44,149 nucleotides of DNA, from IMG/VR virus record IMGVR_UViG_3300032330_000720, positions 1 through 44,149 of that record; one strand, given 5' to 3'. Position numbers and translations under genes: made by a program. Under the pieces are notes generated by a model. It had not been told where the DNA came from, ran no database searches, and worked only from the letters and a program-made list of their open reading frames with translations. The stretch is from a virus. Taxonomy: Duplodnaviria > Caudoviricetes. Positions 1 to 9,023 of this stretch are shown here, piece by piece; position 1 is the first letter of the stretch; the number at the start of each line of letters is the position of its first letter.

Positions 1-3
1 GAA

Positions 4-1434
4 ATGGATCGAGTTTTCGGTCCAATTGAAAGCCCAAAAGTCAGTGTACCGACACAACAAGAAATTCAAAATGACCAAACTGAACCTAGTATTGATGGGT
101 ATTCGTTTGCTAATTCTAAAACTGCTCCGATAATGGCTAATCCCAATAGTTTATCTTATGAGTTCCAAGTGCCAGATACTGGTATCCCCGGCGCTGGGCT
201 TATGGGTAAATCTGCCATGTTAAATTCATTGGGTGCTTCAGACGAATCTCCTTTAATGGGGTATCGGACTGCGCGTGAATCATTAAGAAGTGCTGCGACA
301 GAACAGGCCGTTCGGGATCAAGCAGTTGCTATGGGTTCTGACCTTAACAAAGATTTAATTACATCTTTGAATGGAATTTCGCCATCATCCGCAGTTTCGG
401 CATCATCCCCAACAAATACGGAAAATGCATATAATATAAACAGTCGATCCCCAAATCTGTCTGTTGCCGCTGGCACTCCCACGTCCGGCTATGATTTGGC
501 AAGGGCTTCTGGGACACCAACGTCTGGGTATGATCTTGCAAGGGCGGCAGGAACGCCAACATCTGGCTATGATATTACGCCTGTATCCCAACCTGCATTT
601 CCACATACGCCAACGCCCCAACCTAATCTTGCTGTAGCCGCAGGGACGCCAACAGAGGGTTATAATGTAGTAGATAAGGCACTTAAAATAGCCGCTGCGT
701 CCTCGCCCGGTGTTACAACACCCGGACTTCCATATAAAGCAACAGCAACTGATACTCCGCCCGTAGCTAAGTCTAATGGCGTTTCTCCGGCGTCAAACGA
801 TCTTTCTAGAAAAGTTGCTGGTGTTGCTCCTTCAGGAGAAGCAGCGCCAACCGCGTCTACAGATGAAGCTAATCAAAAATACTTTGATATGATGAAAAGC
901 CAAGGATTTGATTCAGAAAACCCGGTTGAAATTGCTAAATTCAATGCAATCAATAATTTAAGCGGCCCTAAAAGTTTAATGGGTGAGGAAGCGGTAGGCC
1001 AAAGGACTACGCCAGAAGGTAGTCTTTTGCGTAAAGTGGAAGACTTGATTGCCCCAAAATTTGTAGGGGTAAATGATCCGAATTACGAAAAAGTAGCTTC
1101 TGCAACGGACCCGATTGGTTATGGGCCAAATGGCGACATGACGCGGCAAGAATATCGCGAAAATTATGGTCACGATCCCGTAGAACCTTTGCGTAAAAAA
1201 TCCGATTCTTCGCAAAAAGACGCAACAACACCACCGCCATCTGCGGCATATCCTGTAGCCCAATATCAATATCCGTTGGCATATGGTTATGATAATCCAT
1301 ATGCAGTATATAACCAATACGGAAACGCTATTAATTGGGGTATGGTGCCAACTGCCGCTACGGGCGGAAGGATTAGCAATAACAATGCTATAGCCAATGC
1401 CCTTCGCATGATTAAAGCTAGGAACAGACCGTGA
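4..1434 (+). CDS. Low-complexity putative internal virion protein (probably 5'-truncated by the window edge)
   Basis: 476-aa ORF open from the window edge. S/T/P/A-rich, with GTPTSGYDLARA repeats and a C-terminal AATGGRI...AIANALRMIK tail shared with other late proteins. Confidence 0.6.
   Translation: MDRVFGPIESPKVSVPTQQEIQNDQTEPSIDGYSFANSKTAPIMANPNSLSYEFQVPDTGIPGAGLMGKSAMLNSLGASDESPLMGYRTARESLRSAATEQAVRDQAVAMGSDLNKDLITSLNGISPSSAVSASSPTNTENAYNINSRSPNLSVAAGTPTSGYDLARASGTPTSGYDLARAAGTPTSGYDITPVSQPAFPHTPTPQPNLAVAAGTPTEGYNVVDKALKIAAASSPGVTTPGLPYKATATDTPPVAKSNGVSPASNDLSRKVAGVAPSGEAAPTASTDEANQKYFDMMKSQGFDSENPVEIAKFNAINNLSGPKSLMGEEAVGQRTTPEGSLLRKVEDLIAPKFVGVNDPNYEKVASATDPIGYGPNGDMTRQEYRENYGHDPVEPLRKKSDSSQKDATTPPPSAAYPVAQYQYPLAYGYDNPYAVYNQYGNAINWGMVPTAATGGRISNNNAIANALRMIKARNRP
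451..663 (+). repeat. Intragenic 39-bp (13-aa) tandem repeat GTPTSGYDLARAx, three copies plus one detached copy
   Basis: Units start at 472, 511 and 550. A diverged copy PNLAVAAGTPTEGY lies at 622-663. Synonymous positions differ between copies. Confidence 0.85.
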
Positions 1435-1441
1435 ACAAATG

Positions 1442-1470
1442 TTGTACCAATGCCAAATCTGGGGTAATAT
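1442..1470 (+). promoter_or_regulatory. Putative sigma70-type promoter
   Basis: TTGTAC-N17-TAATAT in the intergenic gap before the ORF starting at 1513. Confidence 0.45.
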
Positions 1471-1512
1471 CTAATTACAGCAACTGCGTTGCCGCAGCTA
1501 TGGAGCAATTTT

Positions 1513-2679
1513 ATGCATGAGTATCTAAAAGCTGCCCGTGACGGAGCGGCTAAACGCATCAAGGACATTGAATCTGGCGAGCCTCACAAGAAGGTTGATT
1601 CGTCTTCATGGTCTCCCCCTGAAATGGAAAAGGCTGACAAGCAGACGGGTATGCGTCCTGTTAGCCCACGCCAGTACAAGTCTGGCGGCAAAGTTTGCGG
1701 CGACATGACCAAGAAGCGCGCAGACCGCAAGGCTCGTAAGAGCGGCGGAAGCGCCATGCCTCCGGTTGATCGTCTCGTCAATCGTGACATGAAGAAGGCA
1801 AATGAATACCGCGATGGCGAAAAGCACGTCGGCGGCATGAAGCGTGGCGGAAAAATTCGGCATCGTAGAGAAGGTGGCGATACACCTTATGATGAAATTG
1901 GTGCATTGATCCGCCGGGCGCAAATGGAAGATAATATGAATCAGGCGGGTCCAGAGAAGCGTATTCCGCTTCCTCCGCGTCGTCCTGCGGCACCTCCAAA
2001 TGTGTATACTGGTCCACGCAATCCCGCCGCTGACCGCATGGGACCAAAGTATGGCGGTAAAATTCCAACTTCGCATGCCAAGGGCGGCAAGGTTTCAAAA
2101 ATGGAATGGGAACATTCCAAAACTGATTTGGAGCAGGACAAGAAACTGGCTAAAAAGCATGGCATGTCACTTGAGGCTTGGGAAAAGTCCGATTTGGATG
2201 CCAAGCATGACAAGCAACAATCAACAAAAGGCTTGAAGCGCGGCGGTGAAGTTGGCCGGGAACTTTATGTTCGCGAAAATTACCCGCATAAAGTTCCGGG
2301 TGCTTCGGGCGGTCGCACGGCTAAAAAGCGCGGCGGTGGCGTTGGCAAAGGCAAGACTAACGTCAATGTTATTATTCATCCGCATCACCCCGGAATGGCA
2401 ATGAACCCGCCGATGCCTATTGGCGGACCCATTGCGCCTCCTCCGCGTCCAGTCGCATTGCCTCCTATGGGCGGTGAGCCAATGATGCCTCCAATGGGTG
2501 GCGCTCCAATGGGCGGCGGCATGCCTCCAATGGGTGCGGCTCGTCCGGGTATGCCTCCTATTGGCCGCAAGTCTGGTGGCCGTGTGGAAAGCAATGCCAA
2601 TCCAAAGCATATCATTGATAATGCTGCTGGTGGTGGACTTGGCCGTCTTGAAAAGATTAAAGCATACGGTCTGAAATAA
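1513..2679 (+). CDS. Basic, Pro/Gly-rich putative internal head protein with about 10 xKxGG motifs
   Basis: GGAG RBS at 1502 supports the ATG at 1513. K/R-rich segments are separated by KSGG/KRGG/AKGG motifs, and there is a PPMGG repeat tract. Confidence 0.7.
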   Translation: MHEYLKAARDGAAKRIKDIESGEPHKKVDSSSWSPPEMEKADKQTGMRPVSPRQYKSGGKVCGDMTKKRADRKARKSGGSAMPPVDRLVNRDMKKANEYRDGEKHVGGMKRGGKIRHRREGGDTPYDEIGALIRRAQMEDNMNQAGPEKRIPLPPRRPAAPPNVYTGPRNPAADRMGPKYGGKIPTSHAKGGKVSKMEWEHSKTDLEQDKKLAKKHGMSLEAWEKSDLDAKHDKQQSTKGLKRGGEVGRELYVRENYPHKVPGASGGRTAKKRGGGVGKGKTNVNVIIHPHHPGMAMNPPMPIGGPIAPPPRPVALPPMGGEPMMPPMGGAPMGGGMPPMGAARPGMPPIGRKSGGRVESNANPKHIIDNAAGGGLGRLEKIKAYGLK

Positions 2680-2696
2680 TTTAACGGGGTCGTTAG

Positions 2697-4058
2697 ATGA
2701 CGTCTTCTACGAATAAGGGCTTTAACGAACCCGCAGACGGTACTACTGGCTGGGGTACGATTCTTAACAGCAATTTTACTATTGCTGATAACGCCCTTGG
2801 CAGCACCACCGCTCTTACTGGTACAACGGGAGGGTCAACAACTTTAACAGCCGCCCAATACCAAAATTTTCGCATTAACGTGACGGGATCATGGACGGGA
2901 ACTTATACGGTCAATATCCCTTCTGGCGTTAGTGGTTTTTGGGTTGTTAGTAATAACAATAGCAGCACTGGCACAGTTACCGTCACTAGCAATGGTAGCG
3001 GCGCTCAAATTGTTAGCAAAAGTAAAAATGCATTTTTGTTTAGCACCGGAAGTGCAATTTTTTTCCTAACATCCACAAGTTCTGTGGCTACATCTGATGG
3101 TGGTACTGGTTTAACCACGTTTACTGCTGCTAATAATGCTTTGTATTCAACGTCAGCTTCTGTTTTGACGGCTGGAACATTGCCTTATCAAGCTGGCGGG
3201 ACTGGTATTGCAACCACTCCTGCAAATGGAGTGCTTGATATTGGTAATGGTAGCGGATTTACCCGTACTACTTTGACTGCTGGAACAGGCGTTAGCATTA
3301 CAAATGGCGCTGGTTCAATTTCTATTGCTGCGGCAGGAACAGTCTTAAATTATCAATCATTTACATCCACAGGCCCAAATACATGGTCGGCTCCAACAGG
3401 TATATCTGCAAATGATATTGTTACTGGCTATATTTGGGGCGCTGGCGGCGGTGGAAGTTCTAGTGCTACTAACGCTGGTGGTGGCGGCGGCGGTGCGTGT
3501 GTTCAATTTTGGTTTCCGTATTCTGCTTTAACCAGTTCTATTACTGTTACAATTGGTGCTGGTGGTGCGGCTAGAACAGTTGGGGCCAATTCAACATTTG
3601 GCTCTTACGTTACTGCATATGGTGGTGGTTCAGGAACTACTAACGGCGGCGGTGGCGGCGGAACTTGGTCTGCCGGAACAACGAGTACAGTAGGCGGCGA
3701 TCCATTAGGTGGAACCACTGGAAATGATTCTACCTATGGTGGTGGCGGAAGCGGTGGGTCTACTACCAGCGGCCAAACTGGCGGCACTTCTATTTGGGGT
3801 GGCGGCGGTGGCGGCGGCTTTGCAAGTGGAACTCCGGCAGCATTTGCTGGTGGTAAATCACTATGGGGCGGCGGTGGTGGTGCTGGGTTTATTGCTGGTC
3901 CTACATATGGTTCTGGCGGCGTATCAACATTTGGTGGGACTGGTGGGTCTGGCGCTGTAGGAACGGCACCGGGTGGTGGTGGCAGTGGCGGGGTTACTGG
4001 GTTTGCTGGCGCGCGTGGCGAATGCCGCGTTTGGGTAATTAGAACAACAACAGCATAA
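2697..4058 (+). CDS. Glycine-rich fibre-like virion protein
   Basis: T/G/S-rich. N-terminal WGTILNSNF..D anchor-like motif and a C-terminal Gly-rich domain (FTSTGPNTW..P..GAGGGG..GARGECRV). Confidence 0.7.
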   Translation: MTSSTNKGFNEPADGTTGWGTILNSNFTIADNALGSTTALTGTTGGSTTLTAAQYQNFRINVTGSWTGTYTVNIPSGVSGFWVVSNNNSSTGTVTVTSNGSGAQIVSKSKNAFLFSTGSAIFFLTSTSSVATSDGGTGLTTFTAANNALYSTSASVLTAGTLPYQAGGTGIATTPANGVLDIGNGSGFTRTTLTAGTGVSITNGAGSISIAAAGTVLNYQSFTSTGPNTWSAPTGISANDIVTGYIWGAGGGGSSSATNAGGGGGGACVQFWFPYSALTSSITVTIGAGGAARTVGANSTFGSYVTAYGGGSGTTNGGGGGGTWSAGTTSTVGGDPLGGTTGNDSTYGGGGSGGSTTSGQTGGTSIWGGGGGGGFASGTPAAFAGGKSLWGGGGGAGFIAGPTYGSGGVSTFGGTGGSGAVGTAPGGGGSGGVTGFAGARGECRVWVIRTTTA

Positions 4059-4122
4059 ATACCTGTTTAGGTTTTTTACCCTAACATAGTAATTTCAACC
4101 ATGTGGCGTGTACAATCGCCGC

Positions 4123-4332
4123 ATGAAACAAACATATAGCACGTATCTGGAATTTGAAATCGGACGCCTCATTGACGAGGCGATTGCCGACGAAATTGCT
4201 ATACTTGCCAATGGTAACGTCGAAGACATCAAAGATTACAAATATAGAGTTGGCATAATCAAAGGCTTGCAGAAGGCCAAAGACCTTATGTCAGAAGCAG
4301 ACCGAAACCTTCAAACAGGCGAAAGAGGATAA
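4123..4332 (+). CDS. Small conserved head-region protein
   Basis: G..EDIKDYKYRVGIIKGL motif, typical of the small gene preceding phage GroES genes. Confidence 0.6.
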   Translation: MKQTYSTYLEFEIGRLIDEAIADEIAILANGNVEDIKDYKYRVGIIKGLQKAKDLMSEADRNLQTGERG

Positions 4333-4333
4333 C

Positions 4334-4726
4334 ATGCCGTACACGCGCATGCACCATGACGTTGACCCAAAAGAAGCCATTCTCAAAGAATTAGGCGACA
4401 TTTCGGGTATCGAAATCTTTAATACGCATGTTCTTGTTGCAACTTATGTCCGCCCAACAAAAACAAAAAGCGGCCTTCATTTGACGGATAAATACGTCGA
4501 TGAAGACAAATATCAGGGAAAAGTTGGCCTTGTTGTTAAAAAAGGTCCGCTTGCTTTTGTTGATGAAGAGCAAGACTGGTTCAAGGGCGTTGAAGTGAAC
4601 ATTAATGATTGGGTTGTTTATCGCCCGTCTGATGGCTGGTCCATGAATGTGCATGGCGTCCAGTGCCGTGTTTTGCGTGACATTGATATTCGTGGCCGTA
4701 TCCCGGCTCCCGATGCAGTTTGGTAA
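4334..4726 (+). CDS. groES: Co-chaperonin GroES-like protein
   Basis: HVLV..RPTKTKSGLHL mobile-loop motif, G.VVKKGP, and V.INDWVVY. Confidence 0.85.
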   Translation: MPYTRMHHDVDPKEAILKELGDISGIEIFNTHVLVATYVRPTKTKSGLHLTDKYVDEDKYQGKVGLVVKKGPLAFVDEEQDWFKGVEVNINDWVVYRPSDGWSMNVHGVQCRVLRDIDIRGRIPAPDAVW

Positions 4727-4740
4727 AGGAATTGTTTCAC

Positions 4741-5634
4741 ATGGAACAGGAAGAAAATCAGACACAAGACGTTGTCACCATTTTGGATGACGCTCCTGAA
4801 GAGAACAAAACGGAAACAAAAATAGCTGCAAATGATTCGCAAACGCCAGAAGATGGCATTGCGGAATTAAAATCGCGCCTTGAAGACGAAAAACGCATGC
4901 GTATGGAAGCCGAAGCAAGGGCGCATCAAGCCCAGCAAACGGCAACCCGCGCTGCGGCTGAAGTACAAGATAGTAACCTTCAGCTTATTAACGGCGCAAT
5001 TGATAAGCTAAAGCGTGAATCAGACTATTCCAAGGCGCGATACCGCGATGCTTTGGCTTCTGGTGATTATGATACCGCCGCTCAAATTCAAGAATCGATG
5101 TCGATTAATGCGGCCAAAATGCTTCAACTTCAAAACGGCAAAGTTTCGTTAGAAGAAAGGCTTAAAAACCCGCCAGCAGAAACACAGCAAGCCTCTGATC
5201 CAATTGAACAAATTGCATCTCAGCTATCGCCTCGTTCTGCTGCATGGATTCGGGCTAATCCAGACGTTGTTCGTGACAAACAGCGTTACGATAGCATGGT
5301 TCGGGCGCATAATCACGCTATTGGCGAGGGTTATGTCCCTGATTCGGACGCATATTTCCAGCACATTGAAATGCGTTTGGGCATGCGTAACCCGCCAAAA
5401 CAGGCAGAGGATGAAGGCGTTGACGTCAACCTTTCAGCCGCTTCTGCACCAACACAAAAACGCACGTCTATTCCAGCCGCTCCAACGACCCGTACAGCAT
5501 CCGGTACAGGTAATAAGCAAAATGTCGTTCGTTTGACGTCGGAAATGCGTGAAATGGCATCGATGATGGGCATGTCGCCCGAAGATTACGCCAAAAACAT
5601 GGTCGCCCTTCGCAAAGAAGGCAAACTTAACTAA
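4741..5634 (+). CDS. Capsid scaffolding protein (putative)
   Basis: Acidic N-terminus, long coiled coil, and C-terminal VRLTSEMREMASMMGMSPEDYAKN helix pair. Lies upstream of the capsid genes. Confidence 0.7.
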   Translation: MEQEENQTQDVVTILDDAPEENKTETKIAANDSQTPEDGIAELKSRLEDEKRMRMEAEARAHQAQQTATRAAAEVQDSNLQLINGAIDKLKRESDYSKARYRDALASGDYDTAAQIQESMSINAAKMLQLQNGKVSLEERLKNPPAETQQASDPIEQIASQLSPRSAAWIRANPDVVRDKQRYDSMVRAHNHAIGEGYVPDSDAYFQHIEMRLGMRNPPKQAEDEGVDVNLSAASAPTQKRTSIPAAPTTRTASGTGNKQNVVRLTSEMREMASMMGMSPEDYAKNMVALRKEGKLN

Positions 5635-5646
5635 TAGGAGAGCCAA

Positions 5647-6213
5647 ATGGCTAATAATGAAACTGGTTTGACTAAACTCACACCAAAAGTGGCTAAATCA
5701 ACAATTCGTCCTGACGTCCGGTCTGACGTTCGCGAAGAGAATCCGGCAGAACGCGCCCGGCAACGTGCGGCGGAAATCCGCAAACATCGTGCTGGTATTG
5801 ATTTGGATAGCACGGACCGCTTTGCATTTGATACGTCAATTATTCCAGAGGGTTGGTCGTATGAATGGAAGCGCAAATCCATCTACAATCAGGAAGACCC
5901 GGCATATCAAATCCGGTTGGCGGATGGTGGCTGGACTCCCGTCCCGGCAAATCGTGACGCTCGCCATGCGGCTTTGATGCCGACTGGAAACTTCGCAACT
6001 ATTGAACGCGACGGCATGATTTTGATGGAGCGTCCTAAGGAGTTGACAGACGAAGCAAAAGATATAGAATTGCGTCGTGCTAGGAACCAAGTCCGCGCAA
6101 AAGAAGCGCAATTGAGTACTGCACCTGATGGGACTTTGGCGCGTGATGCTGATCCGCGTACACGTCCATCAGTCAAAAAGTCTTACGAGGCCATGCCAAT
6201 TCCAAAGGAATAA
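5647..6213 (+). CDS. Conserved head-region hypothetical protein
   Basis: IPEGWSYEWKR...GWTPV...GMILMERP pattern, AGGAG RBS, between scaffold and capsid genes. Confidence 0.65.
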   Translation: MANNETGLTKLTPKVAKSTIRPDVRSDVREENPAERARQRAAEIRKHRAGIDLDSTDRFAFDTSIIPEGWSYEWKRKSIYNQEDPAYQIRLADGGWTPVPANRDARHAALMPTGNFATIERDGMILMERPKELTDEAKDIELRRARNQVRAKEAQLSTAPDGTLARDADPRTRPSVKKSYEAMPIPKE

Positions 6214-6223
6214 GGTGGTCTCA

Positions 6224-6288
6224 AACCTGCCCTTGGGGAGGCGGGTTAAAATTGTCGGGGTTGGCAGTGCCGGGCGCATAGCAACCTC
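6224..6288 (+). promoter_or_regulatory. Two tandem stem-loops in the leader of the capsid operon
   Basis: AACCTGCC/GGCGGGTT (6224-6247) and GGGGTTG..GTGC/GCAT..CAACCTC (6257-6288). No U-tract follows. Confidence 0.45.
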
Positions 6289-6309
6289 ATCACTCATGGA
6301 AAATCTGCT

Positions 6310-6933
6310 ATGGCTAATACGCAAGCGTATTTTGGCTTCTTGCAGTATCAGGGTGGTGCTGGCGGCGCTCCAACGTTCGCTCAGTCTGCCCGTCGTATTG
6401 CAAGCGGCAACACCACGGCTATCTACACTGGCGACCCTGTCATGCCAGTTGTTAGCACGGCTAATGGTTACATCACTCAGGCAGCAGCCGGAACAACCAC
6501 ACTTGCTGGTATTTTCGTTGGCTGTAAGTACCTTTCGACCTCACAGAAGCGTACCGTTTGGTCCTCTTACTGGCCGGGTTCGGACGCAACGGGCGACGTT
6601 GAGGCTTATGTCATCGACGATCCGAATGCTCGTTTTGTTGTTCAGACCAGCACGACTGCATTCCCAATGACGGGTTCTGCAACCACGATGACCTCTGGCG
6701 TTATTGGGCAGTACGCTCAGTTCACCATCGGCACGGGTAACACCAGCACGGGTCGTTCGGGTGCATATCTTTCGGCGGTCGGTACGACTGTTACCTATCC
6801 ATTCACCATCGTTGACTACCAGATTGGCGTTAATAACGGCGGCGACCCCACTTCGCAGTATTGCAATGTGATCGTTGGCTTCAATAACGAAATCTTCCGT
6901 AGCAACGGCGCTGGCCCAACTGGCATCAGCTAA
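6310..6933 (+). CDS. Capsid decoration/cement protein (putative)
   Basis: MAN..A.FGF...IYTGDPV...GIFVGC.Y...VIDDP..RFVVQ pattern. Immediately precedes the major capsid gene and has strongly biased codon usage. Confidence 0.65.
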   Translation: MANTQAYFGFLQYQGGAGGAPTFAQSARRIASGNTTAIYTGDPVMPVVSTANGYITQAAAGTTTLAGIFVGCKYLSTSQKRTVWSSYWPGSDATGDVEAYVIDDPNARFVVQTSTTAFPMTGSATTMTSGVIGQYAQFTIGTGNTSTGRSGAYLSAVGTTVTYPFTIVDYQIGVNNGGDPTSQYCNVIVGFNNEIFRSNGAGPTGIS

Positions 6934-6946
6934 GGAGTAAGGTACT

Positions 6947-7861
6947 ATGGCTGTTAATCTTTCACAGATCAAAGACCTTCTCCTCCCCGGTCTCCGTGGT
7001 GTTGAAGGCAAGTACGAGATGATCCCATCTCAGTACGACAAAATCTTCACGAAGCATGATTCGAAGATGGCTCTCGAACGTACCGCAGAAATGCGCTACT
7101 TGGGCCTCGCGCAGTTGAAGACCGAAGGTGGTCAGACTGCATTCGATTCGGGCGCTGGTGAGCGTTTTGTGTACAATCAAGAGCATACTGAAATTGCTCT
7201 GGGTTACGCGATTACCCGCAAGGCAATCGATGACAACCTCTACAAGACCCAGTTCATGCCGTCGAACCTTGGCTTGGTGGAATCATTCCAGCAGACCAAA
7301 GAAATCTATGGCGCGAACATCCTCAATACGGCCACGACCTACAATGCTTCGGTTGGCGGTGACGGTGTAGCACTTTGCTCCACGGCACATCCTATCGATG
7401 GTGGCACGGTTGCTAATACGCCATCGACACAGTTGGACCTCAACGAAGCCTCGTTGCTCAACAGCATGATTGCTGTCCGCACGAACTTCCGCGATCAAGC
7501 CAACTTGAAGGTCTTTGCTCGTGCGCGCAAACTCATCGTTCCTCCGCAGTTGGAACCAGTTGCAATCCGTCTTACGAAGACTGAATTGCGTCCGGGTACT
7601 GCAGACAACGATGTCAATGCGATCATGATGACGGCTGGCGGTCTCAGCGAAGGCTATATGGTCAACGACTTTTTGACCTCAGCTTACGCTTGGTTCCTCC
7701 TAACCAACATCGACGGCTTGGCTTACATGGAGCGCATCAAGTTCGAAACCGATATGCAAGTCGATTTTGTCACTGACAATCTTCTTGTTAAAGGTTACGA
7801 GCGTTACAGCTTCGGCTATTACAACTGGCGCGCGGTCTACGGCTCGTTCCCAACGTCGTAA
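6947..7861 (+). CDS. Major capsid protein (Mu gpT-like, HK97 fold)
   Basis: LLPGL...GL..A.LK.EG...LGYAITRKAIDDNLY...GDGVAL.STAHP...KLIVPPQLE...ERYSFG..NWR motifs, AAGGAG RBS, high-expression codon bias. Confidence 0.9.
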   Translation: MAVNLSQIKDLLLPGLRGVEGKYEMIPSQYDKIFTKHDSKMALERTAEMRYLGLAQLKTEGGQTAFDSGAGERFVYNQEHTEIALGYAITRKAIDDNLYKTQFMPSNLGLVESFQQTKEIYGANILNTATTYNASVGGDGVALCSTAHPIDGGTVANTPSTQLDLNEASLLNSMIAVRTNFRDQANLKVFARARKLIVPPQLEPVAIRLTKTELRPGTADNDVNAIMMTAGGLSEGYMVNDFLTSAYAWFLLTNIDGLAYMERIKFETDMQVDFVTDNLLVKGYERYSFGYYNWRAVYGSFPTS

Positions 7862-7879
7862 TCTACAGGAGATTGCAAC

Positions 7880-8461
7880 ATGTCTATTACAGCATTCTCC
7901 GGTCCCGTAATTTCCTTTGGTCAAAATACCATTGGTACTACGACAGACTACAATCCTGATCTTGGCCCGTCGCTCTTCTGGGGCGGCGTTGGCCGGATCG
8001 ATCCACGTCCTAACTTCAACTACATCCCGGGCCAAAACTTTGGTGCTACTACCTTTGGTTTTGCAACTTCGGATGCAATGACGTTAAATTACGCTCCATA
8101 TACTCTTAGCACTTCAGCAATTGCTGCCGCCGCTAACGTAGTATCCGGTACGGCAATGACGTTAGTATCAACCAACTCAACCAGCACTGGTGTTTCGGTC
8201 AGCAATACTTGCACGAACTACAATACAGGTGCCACGGTTACTGGTTTGTTGATGGTTGATGGTTTTGCATCCTTTACGGGTGTAATTGCCAGCAGCATTT
8301 TGACTGTTTCGTCCCTCACTGGAACGATTACTGTTGGAATGACTGTTTCTGGTACGGGCGTTAATTCCGGCACGACGATTGTAAACCAACTCACTGGCCC
8401 TGCTGGTGTGCTGGCACTTACACGGTTGCAGGTGATGATACTGCGTCTTCCACTACAATGA
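7880..8461 (+). CDS. Virion structural protein, N-terminal part (frameshifted near 8407)
   Basis: MSITAFSGPV start is typical of post-capsid genes. The T/S/G-rich sequence turns atypical after LTGPAG. Confidence 0.65.
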   Translation: MSITAFSGPVISFGQNTIGTTTDYNPDLGPSLFWGGVGRIDPRPNFNYIPGQNFGATTFGFATSDAMTLNYAPYTLSTSAIAAAANVVSGTAMTLVSTNSTSTGVSVSNTCTNYNTGATVTGLLMVDGFASFTGVIASSILTVSSLTGTITVGMTVSGTGVNSGTTIVNQLTGPAGVLALTRLQVMILRLPLQ

Positions 8462-9012
8462 CGGCGCAAGCTACTGGAACGGCTGCTTTGGCCCAACCTT
8501 TTGGCCAGTCAAATTCCATTAATTTGTGGAATCCACAGGCTATCATCTCTCGCGCTGTTAGCGTTACTGGTTCAGCATCTTCTACGGGTGGCAATATAAC
8601 AATCAATGGATACGACATTTATGGCGTGCCAATGAGCGAAGTTATTGCGGCTCCTGCTGGTGCCTCAACCGTCAACGGTAAAAAGGCGTTCAAGTATATT
8701 TCGTCGGTTGTCCCGGCGTTTACTGACGCGCACAATTACTCCGTTGGCACGACTGACATCTATGGTTTCCCGCTCCGGTCTGATAACTTTGGCGATGTAG
8801 CAATTAACTACAACGCGGCGGCTATCACGGCTAACACGGGTTATGTTGCGGCAGTAACTACAAGCCCTGCCACAACGACCACAGGTGACGTTCGTGGAAC
8901 GTATGCGTTGCAGTCCGCAGCGGATGGATCAAAGCGTCTCGTTGTCCGTCAATTTATCACCCCAGCAAACATGCCTTCGGTTACTGGCTTGTTTGGTGTT
9001 ACACAGGCATAA
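8410..9012 (+). CDS. Virion structural protein, C-terminal part (-1 frame; also has an in-frame ATG at 8458)
   Basis: Frame is open from 8365 and reads AGTYTVAGDDTASSTT before the ATG. Contains GYDIYG.PMSE, GKKAFKYI, VGTTDIYGFP and ATTTTGDVRGTY motifs. Confidence 0.65.
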   Translation, partial: AGTYTVAGDDTASSTTMTAQATGTAALAQPFGQSNSINLWNPQAIISRAVSVTGSASSTGGNITINGYDIYGVPMSEVIAAPAGASTVNGKKAFKYISSVVPAFTDAHNYSVGTTDIYGFPLRSDNFGDVAINYNAAAITANTGYVAAVTTSPATTTTGDVRGTYALQSAADGSKRLVVRQFITPANMPSVTGLFGVTQA

Positions 9013-9023
9013 GGAAATAGGCC

